A stretch of 64,000 nt of DNA from Eukaryota sp. GEM-RC1 (lineage: Eukaryota), in contig JAUFOQ010000004.1 of assembly GCA_040285855.1 (NCBI GenBank), forward strand, positions 806,001 through 870,000, written 5' to 3'. Made by a program: the position numbers and the translations under genes. Every line of letters starts with the position of its first letter. Position 1 is the stretch's first letter. This document shows, one piece after another, positions 11,366-24,900 of this stretch. Below the pieces are notes generated by a model. It was not told the origin of the DNA. It saw only the letters and a program-made list of their open reading frames with translations, and did not search any database.

Positions 11366-12742
11366 ATGTCACTCACATCCACCTCTCCCAACACTCTCTC
11401 TGCACTCCAGTCCAACACTCCAGTCTCCATGATCAAACCATTATCTTTAAAGGTGAGTCCTTCTCTGTCATTAAGTCAGTCCTTGCTTCCAACTCTCAGT
11501 ACTTCTTCTCTCTTTGGTTTATGGAGTTTGGAGATCGCTTCGAGAATCCTTTGGACTTCTCTCATTTGCCCTTATCATCCGAGTCTTTCTCCGCCTTCAT
11601 CTCTTCCTTCTTTGGTAACTCCATCAACCTCACTTCTTCCAACGTCTATGAAGTTTTCTACCTCGCTACCTACTTCCAATGTGATCATCTTGAGACTACT
11701 CTTATGGAGATTCTTCCTTCAAAAATGACCAATTGGGACTGGTGCAGTAAGTTCTTGACAAAGTGCGTTGAACAAGAAGACTTGAGAGGATTAAAATTTG
11801 TTCGAGATTTTCTTAACGAAATTGACAACATTGGTCAAGAATCTGAATTTGTCTTTCCATTTGTTTTTCTCCAAAGTTTACTTGAATTTTGCACTTCTTC
11901 AAGTTCTTTCAAATGGTTTTTAAAGTCACTTGTGGCTTCAGTTAAATCAGAAACTATAAATTCTGAAGAATTATCTGAAGTTCTGGCCCTTGCTGACGTT
12001 AACCTGTTGACTTTTTAAAGACTGGGATGAGCTGTTTTTAAATCATCTTGATAATATTTCAAATTTGGAAGACGTTTTGATGAAGTTTCACTTTAAACAA
12101 TTACGTCCGATATTTTTTGTGTCAATAATTTCTGAAAATTTGACCTTGAAAGAACAATTATTTGAAGCAACTGAATTAATTAAGGAAAAAGATGATGAAA
12201 TATTAAAATTGAAGGAAATTGTTGAAACACAAGAAGAATGTGCAAAACCTGTTGAATCTTCAGTTTTGAGTTTTTCTTCTAATATCAAACATCAAAATTT
12301 AAATATTTCAAATGGAGGAAAAACTGTTACTCACAATGGTTCAGGCCGGTCCAATGTTATTTCAGAAACTCCTCTTCTTACAGGAAATGTCTATAAAGTT
12401 AGGGCTAGGAATGGCACTCCTTCGTCTGTTCATAATAATCTAATGATTGGAATTATTCCTAGAAAAGAGTTTGATTGTAGTGGTAGTGTTTGGAGTGGGT
12501 CAAATGCTCATTGTTTTCACAGTTATTACAATAACTTCTGTCCACCAGGAACCCCTAATGGAAAATGGCTCCCAAATGAAATCATTGAAATCACAATTAA
12601 TCTTGTGAATAATTCAATAACTGTTACAAAAAAGTCAGACTCTGGATTTAATTGTACAAGAGAAATTAGTTCTTTAGATAATGATAACTACCATCTTGTT
12701 GGGTGTTTGATTTGTCAAACTTCTGTTCTTGAATTGTTATAG
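11366..12742 (+). CDS. BTB/POZ - coiled coil - B30.2/SPRY-like protein, copy A (frameshifts at about 11420 and 12013)
   Basis: BTB (DQTIIF.GESFSVIKSVLASNSQYFFSLW..EF..LATYFQC), coiled coil and SPRY-like C-terminus (ISNGGKTVT..MIGIIP..IEITINL). Extra T in a T run at about 12013. Confidence 0.85.
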
Positions 12743-15700
12743 CTTCATTTTCTCATAAACGACTTTTTTCCATTTCCACAACTATTTGTTCTTGTTTTTC
12801 TGTTTATGACGAAGGCTTTTTCATTCAATGATTACTAGCTTTTGCCACTGCCAGCAGAACAATAAAGAAGGAATTTATGTAATTTCGGATAATACTTTTC
12901 ACAATGTCTATTAAGTTATATTATATTTAATCAACCTGCAGTACCATTCTATCACATCAGTACTTAGGAAATTGGAAAATTCAAAGAAATGTTGCTGCAT
13001 AGGTTAAACACGTGTCAAAAAAAATATGGGACAAACACAAAAGACAAGAACATATACTACAACTGAATACCATTAAAGCAACATTCACTGCCATTGAATC
13101 TCACAAACACCTTTTCTTCATCGAAAATATTAAGGTCAAAAAGAGCTCATGGGATTATAACATGAAGTATTTTAAAAGATTATTCAGGGATCACGATTTA
13201 ACCAAAATGTATACTCAACAGTCTTGATCATTCATATATTGAATTTTCAAAATGACTAACCTTTTACTCAACTTGCCGTGAATGTTTGAAAGCTGTCAGA
13301 TGATCATCGTATTTGATTCTGTTAAATTGTTCTAAGAAATCTGGGGGTGAAACTTCATTTTTAGCACCTTTAAATGCACCTTTTGTAAACAAAACCTGTA
13401 ATCACAGAGAAGACCGTCAATTCGTCATTGATTAATGAAAAGGATTACTTGTGAATCAGAAAACGACTTTTAAAAATAACTACTAGTAAAAAGTAGTACT
13501 GAACATTAAGTATTTCCACAACTTCAGTTACAGAAAGTTTGAGAGGACAAGAAGCAGAACAGCTTTGGTTGGAGCACTGGGCAAGGTTGATACATTGGAA
13601 ATACTTAGACTTAGACAGTCTAGGTCGAAAAGATATCTACCAACTTAATTCAGTTCTACACTTCTGCAAGTGTATCCATCACTCTTCGTTCTTTGAAGGT
13701 GACATCCTTATCTTGCCATCGTCATCATTGTCGCTGCATTTAATATCCTTACACGTCTTTTTTGAATCATCTTCTACGGACTGTAGTTGATGTCTTCAGA
13801 CCGTAAACTTGATCTCCATGATTACTTTCTTTCCTTCCAGGGCATGATCTAGAACCTTCTGTCAGTCATAGAAACTTCACCCCAAAAGAACTTTGGGGCT
13901 CCATCAACTTGCCCAATCAGATCTTAATCGGGGTCAAATATCTACATTTGATTGGTTCAAACAGTAAGCTGCTATCCGTTGTTTCCTGTCATTACTGTGG
14001 GTGTTAGAAGAGTTCACCAAAGGTCACAATCATTTTTGATTACTGTGATTTACAGTTGAACACCTTCCCATCACACTTTACATTTAAAATTCCGGAAATT
14101 TAATTTTTACTATCATTTTAAGTTCTATTCTGTGTAGCTCTGTTTGATAGTGGAAGAAAATTTCCACTATTCTATTGTTAAGACCACTTTTTTAGTTATT
14201 CAATTATTTAATCTTCTGAAGATGCCATTATTTTACCCTTATTGTTCAAGATCAAGATAACTATACACCAAGATCTTAGCGATCTTACTTAAAGTGAAAG
14301 TTTCACTGGAATAGTTACTGAGAGCTTGAACATTAAAAATTTAATAGTTTGAAACGAATTTGTGGTTCAAGACTTATGCAGGTTTTCCACGACTGCTGTC
14401 TCTCAAAGAGGTGATCTGATCTCCATGTTCGATTGGGATACTAGTTGTTCAACTAGCTAGCAGATTCTTACTTGGTGATTGGTGTAGTTACCTGCGTTAG
14501 TCATCTACGTGCTCCTGGGTTACATACCCAGGAGCACACTGTTTTGTTCTGGTAATCTGATTAGTTGACATCGAATGTCAGCTAACCAGGCTGCGATGCG
14601 AGAACCATCATCATGGTCTTCAACGCAAACATTGGCAAGTTCACCAACTTTCATAACGGTGCTTGATTTCCAGGAGCAGCCCTTGGATATCATTGGAATA
14701 AGGTATTTCCTGGCTAATAATTGTCTTGTTTCTATCCGGTTATTTCTAGGTAAGTACCAGATAACAATTGTAGATGATGTAATCATTGTAAACGTCATCA
14801 ATTTTGAATTACACAAGTAGTTAGATGATTTCTTTGGTTTGATTCAGTTTAAACCGTTAAAGACACTGAAAGATCATTCAGCTGGAGATAACTTACTCTT
14901 GTTGCTAGATCAATTTTGAGTTGATGAAGCTTCCTTTCAAAACCTGTTCTTGGGCCTCGTTTCAACTCTTTCTTGTTTTTCAGAGTTGTCATTCTTTGGA
15001 TCAATTCATCTGAGAGAATGATACAACCAGGCGTTTCTACAAAATTTCTCCAGTAAGGACAAATAGAGTTTATCACTGTAAGAATAGATCGAGTCTCAGA
15101 TAATTTGTTGACCGAGAATAGATGGCGCAAATGGTCTCCGGGTCATCCATAAGTTCGATTAAAGCTCGAACTTGACCACGGAAGGTGTTTTGTGGTTTAT
15201 ATCCGTTTGAAAGCAGTATGTAATTCATTTGTTAGTTTTGTCAGTATCCAGACGATTTGTCAGGTTGCAAAATAAAGTTCAGTTTTATTACTAAACTCTT
15301 CATTGAAGATGACGAATCAATGTCCTACAGTTCAAAGAAAAGTGCTCCGAGGTTGATCTTCTTCACTTACATTTGAAACATTTAAAATAAATTTCTGTTT
15401 GAGTATTGAGACCATTCACCCATCACGTGATGTTACTGTTGAAATAGTTTATGAGTATACCAATGGATAAATTATGAGGGTAAGAACATGATTAACATAT
15501 TAAGTTTCTACACTCAGAAAACATTATCCCACTAAGCCAAAACTTTATCCACTCTCATACCAAATGAAAGGTATGAACAATTAATTAGAGAGAATCAAAA
15601 GTAATTGTAGAACTGTTTGCAATAAACTGTCAGCAGTAAAATACAAGATCTAGCAATTGATTCCACTCTTTGTGTCCACTGTCAGTCTTCCTTGCACCTC

Positions 15701-16637
15701 ACGTCACCGTCCACGTCATCCTTAGCTAGAACTGACACCTTAACAACTCATGTACTTTACCTAGGTTTGTTAATCCTTGTGTCATGGGTCTAGGAATGTC
15801 ACTGTCCTTCAACACATTAACTGGCCCTCAACAGTTCGAACACTTTGAAAACGTGAGCATCTTATTCTACAAGTAGGATGATGTGATTTAGGTCCTGCCA
15901 CACTCTTCTTGAATGGCTTTCCCTCCTCCTCCCCTCAACATTGCCACCCCCCCTTCCCCTTTGGAAATCATCTCCTTAGTTGATCTCTTCTTGACCTTTT
16001 TTTGATGGTCTTGATCTAGGACCTTTTGTCAGTGATACAAACTTCACCTTTTGTAATAATAACTTTCCCACGATTCCTTCGATTCGAGATATTCTTGAAA
16101 GTATATGTCGGCTTTAGTGATTTCATTACTCTGATTTTTACTCTACTTACTTCATTAATTAGGTAAATGTTCGGATAATGTTCAACTTTCATCATTCATA
16201 GCAACGTCTCAAAAACTCTTTCTTTGTCCAATGTTTACTAAATTCAACTTAAAGTTATGGAAATTAAATGTTTACATAAACTTTTAGATCCGTCTTTTAG
16301 TAGTTCTATTCGATTAATGGGGAAAGAAATTTTCCACTATTGTGAACTTTACTACTTCTATCTGTGGACGTCTTTTGGGAATTTCATTTTCGTCCCCAAC
16401 TTGTAAACAAACAACTTTTATGACACCTGACTCCCCTACAACTACAACTACAAAACTAAAAGCACTATTGCCTTACAGTAAACAAGTTATTGGAGAGTTC
16501 TGTATCTGAACACAATATCTGAACATTGGTCGTCCGTTGAAGCGTGTAGTATCCCTCCCCTAGTCTGCATGAGAGTGCGGAAGGCGTTGTAAAGAACGAA
16601 GGTGACATTCAGATGAAACTCTCATCATTCTTATAAG

Positions 16638-17072
16638 GTGAAAAACTTCTTCCCTAAACAAATACAGATCCCTCTTGTTCCCTTTTCATTTGACTTTATT
16701 CTTTCTTTTAACCAACTACGAACACTTAAAGTTCACGCTTCTGATGATACCAAAGTTAGAGCATGTTACACTTATCTTTTTAGTGACTATGCTCAAAAAG
16801 ATGTCAGTTATTTTTTTGGTGTTGACCAATCCACTCTTAGTATATGGGTCAACAAACTTTGGGATCCATCAATTCAAGGTATTCTAACATCAAGAGGTAT
16901 GCTTAGCGAGGAACAAGAGCAGATTATTGTTGATGAGATCCAATCGGATCCTTCGTCTTTTCTCAGAGAAATACGCTACATATTTTATATAAGATGTTAT
17001 TTAAATATTAAAATATTCATGGAAGTGAACTTACTGTTATTTTGTCCACACCACAATTCCAGATCACAGTAA
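16638..17072 (+). pseudogene. Tc1/IS630-like transposase N-terminal HTH remnant
   Basis: HAS..TKVRACYTYLF..QKDVSYFFGVDQSTLSIWV..IVDEIQSDPSSFLREI is a bipartite HTH pattern; no DDE domain is visible. Confidence 0.55.
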
Positions 17073-18869
17073 GCATTGTGATCTGCACTTTCCTTAATCA
17101 TATTTGGACTGGATTTTTCGGTCCTTAAGATCATTTTGAAGGGCCTAAATCTGGTTCGTCTGTATTTGGTGCAGTTCATCAGTAGCTCGGTCATTGGAAG
17201 GTATCCGACCAGTTATCATAGTCATTGAAATCAGCTAGGAGTTTTCACTGTGTGAACTACATCACGATTTCTATGTTAGGAGAATCCGGTGCTACACCGT
17301 TGCTTTGACTATAATTGGGAACATCAGTTGATACAAAGATGTTTTTTTCAGGAAACCGCAGAGTTCTTCGAATGTATGATTGGCGTATTCTGGGCCATTG
17401 TCACTGTGGTCGGCAGCTGGAATGTTAAAGATTGCACATAGCTTTTCCTTTGTCCTAGACGTGGCGTAAAGACTTTGGACAGGTTGAGCTTAAGTAGGAG
17501 TGCTAGGACGAGGAAATCAGTAAATGAGACGACATATTGGCTTTAGTTTCTGAAACACCATTAGAGCATCTGATTTTTCAAAAACTGTAGGCTTTTTTGA
17601 ATAATCGTTGACCGGGGATTTGGCAATAGAAACAACGATTTTCTTCACGATTTTGGAATTGGGCTGGACTCTAGCTGGCTATAGGTACTTAATTCATGTA
17701 GAAGATCACCAGCAGCTTGTCATGTGGTAGCCACTACGTGGGATCAACCTAGGATTAGTTCAGATGAATGTGGTAGAAAAGATCTTTGGTAATTGGACAA
17801 TGAAGTTCTTAATCGAAGGAGAGTGACTGTTGTTAATGACTTTTTTAAGATCAAGAATGTATCTAACAAATTCGATCGTATGTTTTTTCGTAATTGGTTA
17901 TAAAATCACATTTTTGACTAAAAAAATACGATCATGAACATCCACATCACCGTAGCACTATCATTACTATAGTTTAGACTAAATTAATATTTACAAATTG
18001 ATTGTCTTTTTAATACGATTGGTGAGTTCTGGCTCTATATGTGTACGTTCCAATACAATATATTTCCTAACCTTTGACAGTGAAATTATATTGCTATTTT
18101 GGCCAATATACCTCATGCGACTCAAGAGTTGGTATGATACACAGAAATGGGCAATTGTTTTCGACGTAGTCCAATGAGATTATTCAGCAGAATATGAAGT
18201 AGTTCTGAGTAATTATACTAACGGGTAGGCAAAAGTTCTTGGCTTAAGAGTAACTGTACTGAGCTAATCTAGCCAATTCATCAGCCAATTTGTCTAGTTT
18301 TAGATAGTTTATCTTTTTCTGGTTCATTTGTCCTTAAATTTTTTGTAAATTTAGCCATGATTACGGGTTGATCATAAAGGAAGTCACACACATGTGTTTG
18401 AATGCTGGAATGAACCAAGTGGATGCCAGCTACTTGTTTGATTCAACCATCAAGTATGGTACTTTAAATACCGAACGATTTAATGAATACAAAATACAAT
18501 AAGAATGAATTAGTCAGTAAAACAATAGGAATTCCACATTGTAAATAGTATTTCTGAAAAGCCTTTGCACTCATCTTGAAGATCCTGTCATTGCTAGGCC
18601 TCTTCAAAGCTGGTTTTCTACATCACAACAGTGTTTAACCAGTTTCACAACATTTTTTGTTGTTTAAACATTAGATTGCATTGATTAAATAAGACTCCAT
18701 CTAAAAGACATTGTAATGAATGTTCATCCTTGATTCCATTAGTTTTCACTATTAGAGGTTTACTTGAAATAGGACTCACTTATGGACGAAAAGATCGTCT
18801 TCAGTCAATAAGAGACAAGAACAAATGCACTGTAGTATGAAGAAAATTTATTGGGTGAAAATATTACAC

Positions 18870-19700
18870 CAATGCAAGAACAAATCCTGTATAATATAAA
18901 CACCCAACAAGATGGAAATTAGTAGGGTTGTTAAAAGATCAGGTCAAGGCCTGAAAATCCCAGGTCAGGTCAGGTCAAGGTCTCATACATCAGGTCAAAG
19001 GTCAGGTCAAGGTCAAACATTTGGCAGTTTATGTGTGAGTTTCTTGTTTTAAGTGATCAAAATTAGATCATCATACACAATTTACTCTTAGTATACACTA
19101 ATATTCAAGGAATTATTAGATTTGACTGCGTTTATACGGATTTTCGATAGTTAAAGAATATAGTAAATTGTAGATTTCATGTCAAAGGTCAGGTCAAGGT
19201 CAACTGATTCAGGTCAAAGGTCAGGTCAAGGTCCACAATAACAGGTCACGGGTCAGGTCAAGGTCATCAAATGAATTGACCTGACCTGTGACCTGTGACC
19301 TTTAACAACCCTAGTAATTAGCATTATCTAAGCGGCTAATTATGCTTGTACAATTAAATCCAGAGTATGACTTTTTTTGTAACAGTTATTGAATTATTCA
19401 CAAGATTAATTGTGATTTCAATGATTTCATTTGGGAGCAATTTTCCATTAGAGAATCCTGAAGAATATAAGTTATTCCAATAACTATAGGAACAATGAGC
19501 ATTTGACCCATTCCAAACACCACCACAACGATCAAAACAGACAAAAGAGGGCCATTCCTAGTCTTCACTTTATAGCCATTGCCTGTAAGAAGAGGAGTTT
19601 CTGAAAGAACACTGCTCCATATAGAATTTGCACCACTGTGGGTCACAATTGTTTCTCCATTTGAAATATTTACATTTTGTTTTTTTAATCAAGTGCATTC
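18870..19700 (-). pseudogene. SPRY-only pseudogene of the BTB-SPRY family (copy E), interrupted by a MITE
   Basis: ISNGETIVTHSGANSIWSSVLSETPLLTGNGYKV... and NEIIEITINLVNNSITVTKK. It has an internal deletion, frameshifts and no BTB part. Confidence 0.85.
18923..19313. mobile_element. hAT-type MITE with AGGTCA-rich subterminal repeats
   Basis: TIRs TAGGGTTGTTAAA / TTTAACAACCCTA, 8-bp TSD GAAATTAG / GTAATTAG (7/8 match), and many CAGGTCAAGGTC repeats. Confidence 0.9.
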
Positions 19701-20533
19701 TCTACTAAAGATGCCAATTGACTCGATTCAGCATACTCAAAAGTTTCTCAGTCGAGTCAGTGTGGACTCAGAAGTGTCCGAGTTGAGTTCAGTACGCTGA
19801 TTTCACACTGGATAAGAGTAGTTTCTGTAATTTTGATGTTCTAAAGATGTTTATTTTTTAGATTACACAGTAACAAGTTGACAATGAATTGTGTTGAGTT
19901 TCTTTATTAGAAAAAGTTTTATGACGAATATATATTTTGAAAAAACTTTTAGGTTGTGTTTTTCCACTTTTGATAGATTGAGTAAACAAACATTTATAAT
20001 TAGACATAATGAGGGTGTTTATACATTATTCCGACAATAATTGAAGGAAAACAGAACCTATAAGGACTTTATGAAGATCACGGCAATGTTAAGTTGAACT
20101 TATAGTGTCTTGGTAATGGATTTTGAGTTTCATGAATGATTAAACAGTGTTTTGAATCATTGGTTGTTCCGATATCACTTGAAAATATTTAACACAATTT
20201 TTGATTGAGTGTACAAATTAAGTGTTACTGTATTGTGAATGACTCCAGCAACACACACATGAGTAAGTGAGTTTACATGAGTAAAATTCAAGTGCATCGC
20301 CACGTTAATTTTATTAGAGAGACAAATATATTTTTTTTTGAGAAAAACACAGCAAGAAAACAACAAATAAATAAAGACTATTAAAAATTAAAACCAGAAT
20401 TGGAATCAATTAATATGTACTGATAAAACTAACACAATTAATTCAAATCAAATCTTGCACATAACCTGTTTTACTACCTCTAATGTTGAACCATCACTTC
20501 ACTTACAGGATGCAAGTTTATTAGAAAAAGAAG

Positions 20534-21914
20534 CTATAACAACTCAAGAACAGAATTGTTCCAATGCAAACACCCAACAAGATGGTAGTTATCATTATTT
20601 AAAGAGCTAATTTCTCTTGTACAATTAAATACAGGGTCTGACTCTTTTGTAACAGTTATTGAATTATTCACAAGATTAATTGTGATTTCAATGATTTCAT
20701 TTGGGAGCCATTGTCCATTAGAGGACACTGAAGGACTATAGAAGTTATTCCTATGACTGCTAAAACAATGAGCATTTGGCTTATCCCAAACACCACCACT
20801 ACAATCAAACTTCTTTCTAGGAATAATTCCAAGCATTAGACTATTACGAACAGAAGAAGGAGTGCCATTCCTAGCCCTAACTTTATAGACATTTCCTGTA
20901 AGAAGAGGAGTTTCTGAAAGAACGTTTTTCCAGTCATCTGAACCACTGTGAGTAACAGTTTTTCCTCCATTTGAAATATTTAAATTTTGATGTTTAAGGC
21001 TAGAGGAAAAAGGCAAAACTGAAGATTCAACCGATTTTGCACATTCTTCTTGTTTTTCCACAATTTCCTTCAATTTAAATATTTCCTCATCTTTTCCCTA
21101 ATTAACTCAGTTGCTTCAACTAATTGTTCTTTCAACGTAAAATTTTCAGAAATTATTGTCTCAAAAAGTATCGGACGTAATTGTTTAAAGTGAAACTTCA
21201 TCAAAAGTTCTTCCAAATTTGAAATATTCTCAAGAGGATTTGAAAACAGCTCATCCCAATCTTTAAAGGTCAACAGGTTAACGTCAACAAGGGTCAGAAT
21301 TTCAGATAATTCTTCAGAATTTATAATTTCTGATTTAACTGAAGCCACAAGTGACTTTAAAAACCATTTGAAAGAACTTGAAGAAGTGCAAAATTCAAGT
21401 AAACTTTGGAGAAATACAAATGGGAAGACAAATTCAGATTTTTGACAAATGTTATCAACTTCTCTAATAAAATCTCCAACAAATAATAATCCTCTCAAGT
21501 CTTCTTGTTCAACGCACTTTGTCAAGAACTTGCTGCACCAGTCCCAATTAGTCATTTTTGAAGGGAGAATCTCCATAAGAGTAGTTTTAAGGTGATCACA
21601 TTGGAAGTAAGTAGCGAGATAGAAAACGTCATAGACGCTGGAAGAAGTGAGGTCGATGGTGTGACCAAAGAAGGAAGAGATGAAGGCGGAGAAAGACTCG
21701 GATGATATGGGCAAATGAGAAAAGTCCAAAGGATTCTCGAAGCGATCTCCAAACTCCATAAACCAAAGAGAGAAGAAGTACTGAGAGTTGGAAGCAAGGA
21801 CTGACTTAATGACAGAGAAGGACTCACCATTAAAGATAATGGTTTGATCATGGAGACTGGAGTGTTGGACTGGAGTGTAGAGAGAGTGTTGGGTGAGGTG
21901 GATGTGAGTGACAT
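20534..21914 (-). CDS. BTB - coiled coil - SPRY-like protein, copy B (frameshifts at about 21858 and 21093)
   Basis: Colinear with the other copies; the A run in GAA AAA GAT is one base short. Confidence 0.85.
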
Positions 21915-24900
21915 TGAAGGAGAGAATTGAATTGTTTGTTTTTGAATGGATTACTTTCACTATCACGAACACAAAGATTCAATGTATCTTGTTTCACATG
22001 GAAGGATTGATATTGTTTGGGATATTTTCTACTACAATGCAACGTATTAGCTATACATGTTTTTGTAGTTGCATGTTTAAAGCTGTATGTACACTAGAAT
22101 TTGATGTCATTAAGACAAAAACCCATCACTATCAAGTCCTAACACAGCTTTATCCTCAGGAAACGAATTCAATGTTAATAACACTCAGGAGACGAAAAAG
22201 TTGAATTGTTGAATTAACAGAACTTAATACAGTACAATGTATTTTGCTTATTAAGTGTCAACACTCCACATAACTGACAGTTCAACATCGGCAAAGCAGT
22301 CGCACTACACATCTATCATTTACAGAGGAAGAAGGAACAAGTTACGTGTGTGTAATACCTTGACATGAAGATTTGTCCGGTTCAGCTAAATGATTCTTCT
22401 TGTTCCTCACATTGGTTAGTGTAAATAGTATTAGTGTACCTGACTCTATCTATTGAGGATTATAGTGGCATTCCTGAATAGTGAACACATCAGAATGAAG
22501 TTCTGAGAGGCGCCAGCAGTGCCAAGTTATATCATAATATATCATGGAGTACAATTTAAAAGGAGCAAAAAGTATATAACTTGCAATTTGGAGGTACTCT
22601 TTTGCCTAATAAAATTACAAGCATTGGTATTAACCAGTACAACAAAAAACACAACCAAAAATTACCTAATTAGATTATTAATTTGGACGAGGTAGTGAAA
22701 CAAGACTTACGTATTTCAAATTGATACGCATAATTTACTTAAAAATTCTTCCATTAAGTGATTTTATTACCTTTGTAAATTGTTTGTGACGAATCAAAAT
22801 GTTTTTGAAGTACCAAAGATTCCCCAGAAACTGAAGATTATTCGAAAATTGGACAACAAACTGAGTTGAAAAAAATATTCTACAACAATCAGCGCATATC
22901 TCTCGCAATTCTGGTTGTTATTACGGTGTAGATCATTGTATTCTATTTGGCAATCTCTCTGCACCCTATTGATCAGGTTATAGGATATATTTTCGTATAT
23001 TATTGTCTATCTTCCGACCAAAGTTCTGGATAATTAAGTCTTCTGGTATTTCAATTTTGAATGTGTAGGTGTTAAGACAAGTACAGAATAGAAATAGGTG
23101 ACGAAGGACAGCTGAATGTACCTACTCGGATTGAAACTTTCCTGTAATGGGTGTGAGTTTCTTCAATTGAGCTCTACTAAAACACACCAAACTCTACTTC
23201 ACTCCAAATTTCTAAAAAAATTTCTTTTTGGAGTCGAACTGGAGTTTTATCAGAATTTTACGTGGAGTGAAATAAGTTTCTAAGTTCAGTATTGTACATA
23301 ATTTACAAAAAACGCCTATACCAAGGGGGAGTAACCGTTTTTGTAGTTACCATCGACCAAAAATCAAATTAACTTATCTATGCTTTCGCTTAAAAGGCGG
23401 AGAACTTAAAACTTTCGCCCAGCAAGACCTGTTCAACTTACCTACCGAATTGTGAACACAGTTATTGAATTTAATTCTGAAGCTCTTCTTTAGTAGTTGT
23501 TGAACTTATCATAAAAACAGATACAATGACACATCACGATGAATATCGAATTAAAAGTGTCTGTTTTAGTGTGAATCGAAGCACACTGAGTCATCGTTGT
23601 TTCGTTTATAGTTGGTATAAGTTACTAAAGCGTCAAATGAGGGGATTTGTATACAGACAAAATGTAATAAATTTAGTGTGAAATGAAGTCTACAAGTAGC
23701 TTGAGTTGGAGTGAAGTCAGGTTCAGTTGTAAAACTTATTGTTTGGAGTGACGTCGTGTAGGAGTTTCCAGATTTTGTCAGATTGTGACAGCACCATTTT
23801 TGTCACCATTTTGCTGTGGGAAAGTGTTGTCAATCACAGGTTTATGATCTCATAATATATTTTTGTCGCACGACAAAAATTGTCGTGTTTGTCTTTTGTA
23901 TATGTATTCATTTTGTATATTTAGTTGTATATTTAGGTGCCTCAAAATTGTTATCATTTGCCTTCAAGTTTCTCTACTATCAGGTAACTCCATATCAACC
24001 CTTGATTTCTTACTTTTAGAAAGTACTCTTCTTCTGGAGTTTCGTCAACGGGAGTACAGAGTTTTGCGTTATCAAGAAGCGGAGAGAGACGGTAGAAAAT
24101 GCTGTAATCAAAGAAGTAGGAGAATGTTGTGTGTACACTACTATACTTGCAAGTAGCATTGTCGTCATTCTGATTCGAAATTGTCATTGTAACAGTATTT
24201 CGTTGAATTTTTTGTATTGTATCAGATCAAAGTGGTTGTGTTTTTCAGGTATGGTTTCAGGTGCAGCAAGGACTGGGAGTGTCTGAATCAAATTTCTGTA
24301 CTTAAAAATGGCAGCAGATAATCTGTCTACATGTCTAAAATCTGTTAGCAGCAAAGTCCACAGAGGAAGCATCTTTAAAGGTCTTTAAAGGTGGGCTCCT
24401 ACTCTGCAATTTCAAATATTTGACAATGTTGAAATATTTGAATGTGACTTTCAAACAACTAAGTCGTTTAATGATGAACTGTACAGATGTACATACATAT
24501 AATATCCAAGTAGAAACTGCAATGAGCTCTGATGGTCATACGGCTCGTAAGACTGAAAAATTGTGGTGGTTAAATACAACTCAAAAAAGTGGTGAAGTCA
24601 TGATGATTCACATGGTTTTTATATACAACTCACGGAAAAGGAAACATTTCCGCAACATCAGATCTAAGTTCAACATTTGTGCACTGAGAATCTCAGTCTG
24701 AGATATCACAAACATGTTGCAGCATAACCTACATGGTCCAGCTGAGGGTTAGGGCCCTCTTGTGCACACTTGATAAGACCTTGCCAACATGCATGAAGAC
24801 ATCCACCAACCCAGATTAAAAAAAAGTCCCCAGGCTAGAAGTACCAGTATAAAATAACAGTATCTTCCAATCCAACCCACTTCAGAAACAGATAGATAAG

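Noticed and set aside
11410..11423. 14-nt GT..AG 'intron' (GTCCAACACTCCAG) that would restore the BTB frame
   Set aside because: The donor is unlike the GTATGT/GTAAGC donors seen here, it is half the size of the supported introns, and in-frame copy D keeps this segment as coding. Only RNA-seq could revive it.
18923..19313. AGGTCA repeats as nuclear-receptor response elements
   Set aside because: They lie inside TIRs with an 8-bp TSD, so they are better explained as transposase-binding subterminal repeats.
1636..19700. Diversity-generating retroelement (RT plus template repeat) driving SPRY variation
   Set aside because: The RT is a non-LTR CRE type with an RLE, and the loop differences include indels and are not confined to adenines.
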